Shown piece by piece: positions 31,975 to 45,078 of a stretch of 64,000 bases of DNA. Where the stretch lies: the NCBI GenBank assembly GCA_963833985.1, contig CAWIAD010000002.1:2176001-2240000 (forward strand), read 5' to 3'. Source of the stretch: an uncultured Planctomycetaceae bacterium. Its GTDB lineage: Bacteria; Planctomycetota; Planctomycetia; Isosphaerales; Isosphaeraceae. The translations under genes and the position numbers were made by a program. Below the pieces are notes generated by a model. That model was not told the DNA's origin. It saw nothing but the letters and a program-made list of their open reading frames with translations, and made no database searches. Position 1 is the stretch's first letter. Each line of letters begins with the position of its first letter.

Positions 31975-33828
31975 GTGTTCTTTTCTGCCGTACCGTCCCG
32001 CCGCTCGATCGCCATCCTCTTCTGCGTCTGCCTGCTTCCCGCAATCCCTGCCCGGTCCGCTCCCCCGGCCGGCATGGAGCCGATCATCGAGGAGTACCGC
32101 GCAGACCAGGGAAGCGTCTCGGAATTCTACGACTTACCCTGGTCGCCCCGCCGGTTCGATCGCCTCGACGGGCTTCTGCACGACTGGCAACGGCGCATCC
32201 GCGCCCTCGATTTTGACGCGCTGGACCACCACGCCCGGGTGGACTACCTGCTCTTGCGCACCAGGATTGGCGCCGGGCTGGACAATCAGACAACCGATCG
32301 CAAGCGTCTGGAAGAGATTGCCGAGCTGATTCCCTTCCGGGAGCAGATCCAGTCTCTGGAAGCGGCCCGCTGGCGGCTCGAGCCGGTGGACGCCGAGCAC
32401 GCGGCCGCGCGGCTGGCCGAGCTTCCCGACCAGATCCGGAAGCTCCGGGAGCGGATCGAGCAGGGGAAGAAGGCTCAGGCGGAGACCAAGAAAGAGAAGG
32501 ACGGCACGGCCAGAGCCGCGGCGCAGCCCCCAGCCGGAACCACCAGGCAAAGTGCCGGTGCGGAGCCCGCCAGGGACGGCCCGCCCGCGCTCAGGCCGTC
32601 GCCCATTCTGGCACAGCAGGCAGCCTCCGCCGTGGGCTCGCTCCGCCAGTCGCTACGGACCTGGTTCACGTTTTACGATGGGTTCACCCCCGAGTTCTCA
32701 TGGTGGGTGCGCAAGCCGCACGAGGCGGCCGACAAGGCACTCGAGGAGTATGCCAAGCTCCTCCGTGAAGAGATTGCCGGGCTGCACGGCAAGGATGAGG
32801 ATCCGCTCGTCGGCTATCCGATCGGCGAGGACGCACTGAAGCGACTGCTGGCCGCGGAGATGATCGCCTACACGCCGCAGGAGATTGTCAGCATCGGCGA
32901 GCGGCAGCTCGCCTGGTGTGGCGCACAGATGCGCCAGGCCGCACGCGAGATGGGCTGCGGCGATGACTGGAAGGCCGCGCTCGCCCGGGTGAAGTCGCGG
33001 TTCGCGCCCCCCGGCCGCCAGGACGACCTGGTTGCCGAGCAGGCCAGGGAAGCGATCCGGTTCGTCAAGGACCGCGATCTGATCACCGTCCCGGCGCTCT
33101 GCGAGGAGACGTGGCGGCTCACCATGACGGCGCCTGAGGCACAGAAGACGATGCCCTACGCGGCTTACGGCGGCCAGGAGATGACGGTCGCCTACGCCAG
33201 CGAATCGATGAAACATGATGACAAGTTGATGGCGATGCGCGGTAATAACCGGTACTTCACCCGGATTGTGACCGCGCACGAGCTCATTCCCGGTCATCAC
33301 CTGGAGCGCTACCAGTCCGGCCGGCATCGCACCTACCGGCGCATCTTCTCCACGCCTTTCTTTGTGGAGGGCTGGGGCCTGTACTGGGAAATGCGGCTCT
33401 GGGACCTGGGTTACGCGCAAGGTCCCGAGGATCGTATCGGCATGCTCTTCTGGAGGATGAACCGCGCGGCCCGCATCATCGTCTCGTTCAAGTTCCACCT
33501 GAAGACGATGACTCCCGCGGAGATGGTCGATTTCCTGGTCCAGAAAGTGGGGAACGAGCAGTTCGGTGCCACGGGTGAGGTCCGGCGTTACCTCCAGTAT
33601 CCACCGCTCTACCAGGCTGCCTACATGCTCGGCGGCTTGCAGCTCCACGCACTGCACGGGGAGGCGGTTCATTCCGGCAAGATGACGGAGAAGGCGTTTC
33701 ACGACGCCGTGCTCTCCGGCCACGCAATGCCCGTGGAAATGGTCCGCGCCGAGGTGCTGAACCTGCCGCTGTCTCGCGACTTCAAGCCGAGCTGGCGGTT
33801 CGCGGAGCCTCGTTCCGAGAATCCCTGA
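31975..33828 (+). CDS. DUF885 family secreted metalloprotein
   Basis: Signal-like N-terminus, HELIPGHHL, FVEGWGLYWE and QAAYMLG. The start is approximate. Confidence 0.75.
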   Translation: MFFSAVPSRRSIAILFCVCLLPAIPARSAPPAGMEPIIEEYRADQGSVSEFYDLPWSPRRFDRLDGLLHDWQRRIRALDFDALDHHARVDYLLLRTRIGAGLDNQTTDRKRLEEIAELIPFREQIQSLEAARWRLEPVDAEHAAARLAELPDQIRKLRERIEQGKKAQAETKKEKDGTARAAAQPPAGTTRQSAGAEPARDGPPALRPSPILAQQAASAVGSLRQSLRTWFTFYDGFTPEFSWWVRKPHEAADKALEEYAKLLREEIAGLHGKDEDPLVGYPIGEDALKRLLAAEMIAYTPQEIVSIGERQLAWCGAQMRQAAREMGCGDDWKAALARVKSRFAPPGRQDDLVAEQAREAIRFVKDRDLITVPALCEETWRLTMTAPEAQKTMPYAAYGGQEMTVAYASESMKHDDKLMAMRGNNRYFTRIVTAHELIPGHHLERYQSGRHRTYRRIFSTPFFVEGWGLYWEMRLWDLGYAQGPEDRIGMLFWRMNRAARIIVSFKFHLKTMTPAEMVDFLVQKVGNEQFGATGEVRRYLQYPPLYQAAYMLGGLQLHALHGEAVHSGKMTEKAFHDAVLSGHAMPVEMVRAEVLNLPLSRDFKPSWRFAEPRSENP

Positions 33829-33876
33829 GCGGAGCCCGCGCGGAGCATCCCGGGTACCTGGAGGCAGCCGTCAGAG

Positions 33877-34458
33877 ATGACCCAGCCGGCAAATCCCTGG
33901 ACGACCTTGAGCAGCCGCCTGGTTTACCAGAACCCATGGATCCGCGTGCGCGAGGACCAGGTGCTGCGGCCCGACGGCAACCCCGGCGTCTACGGAGTCG
34001 TCGAGTTCAAGAACCGGGCGGTGGGTGTGCTGCCCGTGGATGAGAACGGCCATGTGTGGCTGGTTGGACAGTACCGTTATCCGCTCAAGCAGTATTCCTG
34101 GGAGATCCCCGAGGGAGGCAGCCCGTCCTCCGAAACTCCTGAAGAGACGGCGGTGCGCGAGCTGAAGGAAGAAACCGGTCTGTCCGCCGGCAAGCTCGAG
34201 CTGATCGCCACCGCTCATCTTTCCAATTCCGTCTGCGACGAGGTGGCCTACATCTACCGGGCGACCCAGCTCACACACGGTTCGAGCGCGCCTGAGGGAA
34301 CGGAAGAGCTGCACGCCAGGTGCGTGTCCTGGAGCGAGGCGTGGGCGATGCTGAAACGTGGCGAGATCACGGATTCGATGTCGGTGATCGCGCTGCTGGA
34401 TGAGGCAGTGCGGCGACTGGCGGGAAGCGGACCGGTGGATGCGGCCGCGGCAGGGTGA
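33877..34458 (+). CDS. NUDIX hydrolase (ADP-ribose pyrophosphatase-like)
   Basis: Nudix box EGG....ETPEETAVRELKEETG. Confidence 0.9.
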   Translation: MTQPANPWTTLSSRLVYQNPWIRVREDQVLRPDGNPGVYGVVEFKNRAVGVLPVDENGHVWLVGQYRYPLKQYSWEIPEGGSPSSETPEETAVRELKEETGLSAGKLELIATAHLSNSVCDEVAYIYRATQLTHGSSAPEGTEELHARCVSWSEAWAMLKRGEITDSMSVIALLDEAVRRLAGSGPVDAAAAG

Positions 34459-34531
34459 GGGGGAAACACCCGCGTCCTTGCGGGTTGGAGATGGCTCGGG
34501 TATGAGCTGAAGTGGCTGTGGATCGAGCGAT

Positions 34532-35704
34532 TTAGCGGGTTTCGAGCCCGGGCCCGCGGGCCACGCGCCAGGCCGTGGGAACGGGGCCGTTCACGCCCGT
34601 CTTCTCATGGTTCGGGCGGGCATCGTCAGCGAGCAAGGAGTCGATGGGGAAGTGCCGGCCAGGGCAGACGGTCGGCGTCGCCGCCAGGTGGGCGTGGGTT
34701 TCCACGCGGGCGCGGGCAATGCCGTAGCGCGCGCTCAGGTAGGCAACCAGGGCCCTGGCTGCCGCGACCTGTCGCGGCGTGGGGGGCTCCTTATCCAGGT
34801 CGCCCACGAAGCAGATACCGATGCCGTACTCGTCGATCTCGGAGCTTTTGGCGTTCCGGCAGTGCACTCCATGCTTCTGGTTGACCCAGCGCTGGGCGAC
34901 CTCGATCTGGCCGTCCTCGCTACCGCTGCCGTTGCCGATCACAAAGTGATAGCCGCAGCCGTCGTAGCCCAGCACCTTGCGGTGCTCGCGATCGATCTGG
35001 TCGTAGCTGCCCGATGTGCTGGCGCTGTGGTGCAGCACGATGTACTTCCAGGGGCGGTCGGCCTTGCTGGGGTAGAACAGCTCGTCGCCGCCGGACTCTC
35101 CAAAATAAGGGCTGAGGCGCTTCTGAAAGCTCGCCTGCCGCACCGGGCCGCTGGCCGATGTGGTGCGCAGGCCATCCGGGGAGATCATCGACGACGAGCC
35201 CGATGTGCCCGGCCCGCTCAGCGGAGGTTTGGCGGAGGGCGTGGGCGAGGGTGACGAAGTCGTGCCGCGCGGCCGCGTCGATTGCGATGGGATCATGTTC
35301 AGATCGGGCTCGCTACCGATCGAGGCGCGCGGAGCCCGCTCGGGGAGCGGGCTGCGCTGCGATGATCGGGAGGAGCCATTCTGCGAGCCGAGCGCAGGCA
35401 CCGACGATTCGGTCACGCCTCCGGCCGGCTCATCGATGGCCGGCTCGGAGGACAGGGACCGCGACGTGGAGCCCATGCCGCCGGGCGACGATGGCGCGGT
35501 GATGACGGGTGCCGAGCCAGCCCCCGCGCCGCAATTGGTGCACGGAGCCGCAATGGTCTGGGGCGCGGTGTAGACCGGCCTGAGCGTGGCCCGGCGGTGA
35601 TGATTGCCGCAGCCGGAGGTTGTCAGGAGCGCCAGCGACACGATGCCGATGAGCCAGACTCGCGGCGGGCGCAGCGCGATCCGGGCCATGAATTTCAGGG
35701 CCAT
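34532..35704 (-). CDS. Lipoprotein with C-terminal N-acetylmuramoyl-L-alanine amidase (amidase_2/PGRP) domain
   Basis: Lipobox-like LTTSGC, Pro/Ser-rich linker, then IVLHHS, GYHFVIGNG, IGICFVG and H......CPG. Confidence 0.8.
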   Translation of the reverse strand: MALKFMARIALRPPRVWLIGIVSLALLTTSGCGNHHRRATLRPVYTAPQTIAAPCTNCGAGAGSAPVITAPSSPGGMGSTSRSLSSEPAIDEPAGGVTESSVPALGSQNGSSRSSQRSPLPERAPRASIGSEPDLNMIPSQSTRPRGTTSSPSPTPSAKPPLSGPGTSGSSSMISPDGLRTTSASGPVRQASFQKRLSPYFGESGGDELFYPSKADRPWKYIVLHHSASTSGSYDQIDREHRKVLGYDGCGYHFVIGNGSGSEDGQIEVAQRWVNQKHGVHCRNAKSSEIDEYGIGICFVGDLDKEPPTPRQVAAARALVAYLSARYGIARARVETHAHLAATPTVCPGRHFPIDSLLADDARPNHEKTGVNGPVPTAWRVARGPGLETR

Positions 35705-36134
35705 CTTCCATCTCCTGGCCAGGGTTGAACAGGTTTCCCGACATCCGGGGTCGGGCCCTCGGCACACGTGGATCGCAATCGCGATGCCGAACGAGAGGCT
35801 CTTCTTCCACGGCGAGGGTTTCAATTTCCTGACCTTCGCCTCAAGTCTACACGCCGATTGGCCGACGCGCGATCACCCACAAAAAATTGTAAGATTTTCC
35901 TTCAAGTTCATCCGTCCCCTGACCGCGGCCCGTCCTGTGTCGTTCTTACCAGGATTGTAAAGTCGCTCGTGACGGCACCGTCTGCGGTGCTCTCGGCGCA
36001 GCCCGGCGTGGTCGTCCACCCGGGTACACCGCTTCAGAGCAGGACCCGTCCAGCGCAACCGTCTACCAGGGTCGGGCCGGCTCTGGGAGAATCCGTTCAT
36101 TCCGAATTCTCCATCACCGCTTGTCGAGGCCGAC

Positions 36135-36710
36135 ATGAGAGCCATTGCATCGCTGATCGTTGCAGGTTGCCTGCTGATGGCGGGGGCGCAGCCGCCCACG
36201 GCACCGAAGGATCCCGTTGCGCGCTTTGAGCCTTCCTCCCAGCCCGGGGCCGGACAGAAATACTTGCAGCAGATGGTGGGCCGGTGGGACGTTCAGAAGA
36301 TCTTCTACCCCCGTCAGGGTGAGCCGGTTCGCGCGAGCGGCGAGTGTCGCCAGTCCATGGTGCAGGACGGAAAATTCCTCCAGTCGGACTTCGTCTTCGA
36401 ACAGGGCGGCCAGAGGTCGACCGGCCAGGGCATCATCGGCTTCGAGCCGGAATCCGGCCGGTTCACCAGCTTCTGGATCGATTCCCGGCAGACCCGGATC
36501 TCCGCGCGCCAGAGCCGCGAGCCATTCGACGGCGCCAGGATCGTTCTCTACAGCCTGACGCTGGACCCGCAGGAAAAGGAGCCACGACGGTCCAGAACCA
36601 TCTCGGAGGTCGAGGACGACGGCCGGAAGATCAGCCACCGGCAATTCAACTTCGGCAGCGGGGGCGAGGAGCGATTGATCATGGAACTGATCATGACCCG
36701 GAAACCCTGA
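36135..36710 (+). CDS. Secreted DUF1579-like protein
   Basis: Signal peptide, LQQMVGRWD, DGKFL and FTSFWIDS. Confidence 0.65.
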   Translation: MRAIASLIVAGCLLMAGAQPPTAPKDPVARFEPSSQPGAGQKYLQQMVGRWDVQKIFYPRQGEPVRASGECRQSMVQDGKFLQSDFVFEQGGQRSTGQGIIGFEPESGRFTSFWIDSRQTRISARQSREPFDGARIVLYSLTLDPQEKEPRRSRTISEVEDDGRKISHRQFNFGSGGEERLIMELIMTRKP

Positions 36711-36878
36711 CTGGAAAGACCCGTAAAACCCGCTGCGCTTGCCTCACGCAAGCAAATTGTCGGCTATGCTTTACGCAGCCCGCATGAGACGATATCATTG
36801 TGCATGGGTGAATGCGCACTTGATGTGGCGCGGCCTCTGGAAATCCTGGTCTCTTCCTGTCTCGAACGGAGCGGTTGC

Positions 36879-37934
36879 ATGAGGTCCAAGCAGGATCGCA
36901 ATCGGGTCAGTCTGCGTAGCGGGTTCACGCTCATCGAGCTATTGGTGGTCATCGCCATCATCGCGGTCCTGATCTCGCTCTTGCTGCCGGCCGTGCAGTC
37001 CGCGCGCGAAGCGGCGCGGCGGATGCAATGCTCGAACAATCTCAAGCAGATGGGCCTGGCGATGCACAACTATGAGTCGATCGCCGGCACCTTTCCGATG
37101 ACCGGAGTGATTGATACGCGGCCGACCGCCTATGCGGCCTGGGTCGGCTGGAGCGGACACGCCAGGATCCTGCCACTGCTCGAGCAAGGTTCCATGTTCA
37201 ACTCCATGAACATCACGCTCCCTTACACGCTGCCGGACAACTACACGGTCGCCTCGACCACGGTTTCCAGCTTTGTCTGCCCCAGCGAGGTGGACCCATT
37301 ACCCACGCCGGCGAGTGCGTTTTTCAACATTCCCAAGGCGGTGTCGAACTACGGTCTGAACATGGGCGACTGGTTCGTCTTCGCGCCGGGTGGACCTCCC
37401 ACGCGCGGGGTATTCGCGCCCAACCTGAGCCGCCGGATTGCCAGTTTCACCGACGGCACCACCAACACGCTGATGGTCAGCGAAGTGAAGGTACGCAGCC
37501 CTGAGTACAACTGCATCCCGCAGGGCCTGTCCCAGATCAACAACGCCAACAGCGTGCCCGATGCCATGGCAAACCCGTACACCGTCGCTCCCGAGTATGG
37601 CGGGAGCTGTGGTCCGGTGGGGCAAAGCCACACAGCCTGGGTGGATGGCAACGCCCAGGAGACCGGCATGACCACGGCCTGGCCGCCCAACAAGCAGATC
37701 CTCGGCCAGCATGGCGAGGGCGATCTGGACCTCCAGGGGCTGCCGCTGTTTCTGGGCGGGAAGGTCGGCCCCACGTTCGCGGCCATCACCTCGCGCAGCT
37801 ATCACCCCGGCGGCGTCAACGCCCTGTTCGCCGACGGCAGCGTGCACTTCATCAAGTCATCGATCGCCGGCTCCGTGTGGCGGGCCCTGGGAACGGTGGC
37901 TGGCGGAGAGGTGATCAGCGGCGATTCGTACTGA
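36879..37934 (+). CDS. DUF1559 prepilin-type N-terminal cleavage / H-X9-DG protein
   Basis: [36 protein letters not shown] and [14 protein letters not shown]. Confidence 0.93.
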   Translation: MRSKQDRNRVSLRSGFTLIELLVVIAIIAVLISLLLPAVQSAREAARRMQCSNNLKQMGLAMHNYESIAGTFPMTGVIDTRPTAYAAWVGWSGHARILPLLEQGSMFNSMNITLPYTLPDNYTVASTTVSSFVCPSEVDPLPTPASAFFNIPKAVSNYGLNMGDWFVFAPGGPPTRGVFAPNLSRRIASFTDGTTNTLMVSEVKVRSPEYNCIPQGLSQINNANSVPDAMANPYTVAPEYGGSCGPVGQSHTAWVDGNAQETGMTTAWPPNKQILGQHGEGDLDLQGLPLFLGGKVGPTFAAITSRSYHPGGVNALFADGSVHFIKSSIAGSVWRALGTVAGGEVISGDSY

Positions 37935-38087
37935 TTCGAGTTGTCCGAGCTTTCCCGGTTGTGTTGCCTTGGCAGCCGGGCAGATGTCTCCGAGGGTGCG
38001 CGCGGGTCGGGATGCCGAGGCCCGAGAGCGAGCTGACCCTTCCCCGGCCGCCCTCGAAACGGTATCTTCAAAGAGAAACGCGGCGCC

Positions 38088-38118
38088 CCGGCCCCCGAAC
38101 TTGCGGCGGGCTTTTTTT
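38088..38118 (+). terminator. Possible intrinsic terminator between DUF1559 and leuS
   Basis: Imperfect GC stem (GCCC-CCG...CGG-C-GGGC) followed by T7. Confidence 0.35.
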
Positions 38119-38191
38119 GTCGAGAGTATTGGCGTGGCCGTCTGGCCTTCCGCCGTTGAAGGATCGGGCCGCGAGGCCGGAGAAGCGATTC

Positions 38192-41083
<2,892 letters not shown>

Positions 41084-41187
41084 GCTTCCCGGGATGAACG
41101 AATGAGCGAGGCCGCCCAGCACGATCCATCGCGAGCATCCGCAACATACGGGATGATCGAGCCTATCTGTTGCTCCCGGGGCGAGGG

Positions 41188-41739
41188 TCAGTCAATTCCC
41201 TCTTGCTCACGGGCCCGTGAGACGCCGCCGATCTGGCGGAATCTCTGAATCATCGGTTCCTTGGCAAAAACATTGAGGTCCGTCGCCGTCGGGCCGGTCT
41301 CCGGTGAAGAGCCGAGCCGCTTGAGGAACGAAACGTTCTTCGGATCGTTGGCCACAAGCCTGAGAAACCGATCCATGGCCCGATTCTGAAGCAGCCGGCC
41401 TCTCTCCCAGCGCGAGATGGTCGCCTCGCCAATCCCGGTGAGTCGGGACAGTTCCGCCTGGGTAAGCTTGAGTTGCTCCCGCAGTTCGCGAATGGCCTTC
41501 GGATCCAGCAACCCGAGCGCACGGCAGATGGCCTGGTGCTTGACTTGCGCGGCCATCGGACCGCTGAATTCCTCTCCGCAGTGTTCGCAACGCTCGATCG
41601 GCACGCCGGTGACTTCGACCCTGGTCGGTTCGCCGTCGTAAGCAACCTCGACAACCTCAGTACGGATATCGTAGACAACCGGCCCGATCCCACAGATGGG
41701 GCATCCCGACCGTCTCGAGGTTTCTCCGGCAGTGTTCAT
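41188..41739 (-). CDS. MqsA-like antitoxin (Zn-ribbon plus XRE HTH)
   Basis: CPIC...CEHC zinc finger and IRELREQLKLTQAELS...ATISRWERG. Confidence 0.85.
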   Translation of the reverse strand: MNTAGETSRRSGCPICGIGPVVYDIRTEVVEVAYDGEPTRVEVTGVPIERCEHCGEEFSGPMAAQVKHQAICRALGLLDPKAIRELREQLKLTQAELSRLTGIGEATISRWERGRLLQNRAMDRFLRLVANDPKNVSFLKRLGSSPETGPTATDLNVFAKEPMIQRFRQIGGVSRAREQEGID

Positions 41740-41868
41740 GATCGAACCTCGCTGCCTCGGGAATCGTCGATCAGAAGCCCGAGGATGAATGGCCTGCGAT
41801 GCCTGCATGAAACCCGCACAATCACCGCCAATCCATCGATCGCGCACACTCCGCGCACGCCCAGCCTC

Positions 41869-42219
41869 TCAATAGTGAAAACTGATCAGGACAACAAGTT
41901 CATGGCCAAAGGATCGCTCATCGAGACCGAGCTTGATGTAGAGACCCGCAGGATTGGCTTGCCTTAGTTCGTAAGCGACACCGTGGCTCCCTGGCGGCTC
42001 GCCCTGAGGAACTTCGCGAATAGGATGACCCGCTTTCAATCGCTCAAGAACGAAGTCGATGAGCCCCTATTCCGTGGCAGCCACTCCTTAGTCCCTGAGG
42101 ATCTGAGAGCCCTCGTGCAGGGCCCTTCTGGTCACCCGGTACTCGTCCGCATCCAGCAGGCGAATGAGTCGCTGGCGAACTTCCTCGAGACGCGGATCCG
42201 ATTCCGAAGAACTCATCAT
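41869..42219 (-). pseudogene. MqsR/RelE-like toxin pseudogene with two nonsense codons
   Basis: Manual 117-codon frame MMSSSESDPRLEEVRQRL...LRD*GVAATE*GLIDFV...GLYIKLGL...LVVLISFHY*, with stops at 42088-42090 and 42067-42069. Confidence 0.65.
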
Positions 42220-42546
42220 ACGTCCCGATGGAGAAACGCTCGCGGTTCTCGATCTTCGTGCGATCAGGCGCGACGGAACCGCCCCTCACACCAGGGACTT
42301 GCCGCAGAAGGTTCCGGCGGCACTCTCTAATCATATGATAGGAAACCGGTGCCGTCAAGTTCGTCGGGGGACAACGGAAATCGGCACAGGTCGAGAGCCC
42401 GAGAGACTGGTCCGATTGCCGGACAACGTCTCACTTCGGGTGTGAAGTCTTTTCCAGCCGCGTTCCTTGCTCCGCGCCGGCTCGTCGGTGATCATGTACG
42501 TGTTGCGTACGCCGAGTCATGCGTTCAGCCCCGCGGAGGAGTGCCC

Positions 42547-45016
42547 GTGGCCAGCCTGACGACCGAGGAAAGCCTCAAGCCCTACGAGGCGGAGTTCCGG
42601 TTCGCGGATCGCGATTATTATGATCGCCACCTGGTTTTCGACCATGCCGTCAGCGCTGAGCAGGCCGACCAGCGGCAGCGGTTCGAGGCGATGGCGCGTT
42701 CGCTGCGCGACCTGCTCACCCAGCGCTGGCTGCTGACGCAATCGGTGCATCAGCGGACGAACCCCAAGCAGGTCTATTACCTGTCGATGGAGTTCCTCAT
42801 GGGCCGCACGCTCCAGAGCGCGGTGACGAATTTGCAGGTCCAGTCGTTCGTCGACGAGGACCTGCGCTCCGACCCGCATCAGGAGTGGCACCAGCTTCAG
42901 GACGCCGAGCCCGACGCCGGGCTGGGCAACGGCGGCCTGGGGCGGCTTGCGGCGTGCTTCCTGGACTCGCTGGCCACGCTCAAGATCCCCGCCATCGGCT
43001 ACGGCCTGCGCTACCAGTACGGCATGTTCCGCCAGGAGATCAAGAACGGCTACCAGGTGGAGCAGCCCGACAACTGGCTGCTCCATCCCGACCCCTGGGA
43101 AGTGGCACGGATGAACGAGACGGTCGACGTGCCGCTGAACTGCTCATTCCGGCTCGAGGGCGGGATGATCGAGGAGATTCCCCGCCAGCCGATTCATTTG
43201 CTGGGTGTGCCTTACGATCGTCCGGTCGTGGGCTATGGCGGCAAGACGATCAACACGCTGCGGCTCTGGAACGCCTCGTCGCCTGACTACTTCGATTTCG
43301 GCGAGTTCTCCGGGGGCGAGTTCTTCGGCGCGGTGCTGGACAAGACGGTCGCCGAATCGCTGACCCGCGTGCTTTACCCGGACGACTCGACCCCGCGCGG
43401 CCGGTCGTTGCGTTTCTTGCAGGAGTACTTCCTGGTTGCCTGCTCGATCGGGGATATCATCCGCCGGTTCCGCAGCCGCGGCAACGACTGGCCGGCCCTT
43501 GCCGACAAGGTCGCCATTCAGCTCAACGATACGCACCCCGCGATGGCCGTCGCGGAGCTCATGCGGGTGCTGCTGGACGAGGCGAAGCTGAGCTGGGACG
43601 AAGCCTGGAAGCTGACCGTCGGCACGCTCGCCTACACGAACCACACGCTGCTCCCCGAGGCACTCGAGAAGTGGCCGATCGAGCTCTTCGAGCTGTTCAT
43701 CCCCCGCCACCTGGAAATCATCTACGAGGTCAACGCGCGATTCTTGCGTGATGTCAGCGCACGGTTTCCGGGGGACGACGCCCGCGCCCGGCGAATGAGC
43801 CTGATCGAGGAGACGCCGCACCGCCAGGTGCGCATGGCGAACCTGGCCATCGTGGGAACCCACAGCACCAACGGCGTGGCCGAGATCCACAGCCGGCTGC
43901 TGCGCGAGCACACCGTGGCCGACTTCGCCCGCATGTTTCCGGAGCGCTTCAACAACAAGACCAACGGCGTGACGCCCCGGCGCTGGCTCTTGATGGCGAA
44001 TCCCGACCTGTCCGCCCTGCTCACCGAGGCCGCCGGCGATGGCTGGGTCACGGACCTTGACCGCCTCGCCGTGCTCCGGAAGCTGGCCCGTGATCAGGGT
44101 TTCCAGGACCGCTTCCGTCAGGCCAAGCAATCCGCGAAGTCACGGTTCGCGGACTGGGCGAAGCGAGAGCTGGGCATCAGCCTGGATGAATCATCCATCT
44201 TCGACAGCCAGATCAAGCGCATTCACGAGTACAAGCGGCAGTTGCTCAATGTCCTGCACATCATGGTGATTTATCACCGGTTGCGCATGGACCCGGGTTT
44301 CGACCCCGCGCCGCGGACCTTCTTCTTCGCCGGGAAGGCCGCACCGGCCTATCACCTGGCCAAGCTGATCATCAAGCTGATCAACGACGTGGCAGTGGCC
44401 ATCGACGCGGACGCGCGGGTGCGCGGCCGGCTCAAGGTGGTGTTCCTGCCCAACTACGGTGTCAGCCTGGCCGAGCGGCTGATTCCGGCGAGCGAGGTCT
44501 CCGAGCAGATCTCCACGGCCGGTTACGAGGCCAGCGGCACCAGCAACATGAAGCTCATGATGAACGGCGCCCTCACCATGGGCACGCGCGACGGCGCAAC
44601 CATCGAGATTGCCGAGGCGGTCGGCGAGGAGAACACCTTCCTCTTCGGCCTGACCGCCGAAGAGGTCGCCGGCAGCCGCTCCTGGTACAGCCCTTACTGG
44701 CATTATGATCATGAATCGGAAACGCGCGCGGCGGTTGACCTGCTGTTCAGCGACCACATCAATTCGGGACCGGCTGGACTCTACGAGCCCATCCGCCAGG
44801 CGCTGCTGTCCAGTGGAGATCACTACATGCACCTGGCAGACCTGAAGAGCTACACCCAGGCCCAGGAACGCCTGGCTGCACTGTACCGCCAGGACCCCAA
44901 GGAATGGACCGCGCGGGCCATCCTCAATGTCGCCGGCAGTGGACGCTTCTCGGCCGACCGTACCATCAGCGAGTATGCGCGAGATCTGGCACTCGCGCGC
45001 GTGCCCGGTGCCCTGA
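42547..45016 (+). CDS. glgP: Glycogen/starch phosphorylase, apparent 2-bp deletion at ~44978
   Basis: Motifs GLGNGGLGRLAACF, QLNDTHP, KRIHEYKRQ and EASGTSNMK. The C-terminus EYAR/EIWHSRACPVP* lies in the shifted frame. Confidence 0.93.
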
Positions 45017-45078
45017 CGGGCGCTCCGCTGAAACGTCGTCCATGCCCCCCGAAATCCAGAGGATCAACCCGCCGTCAC

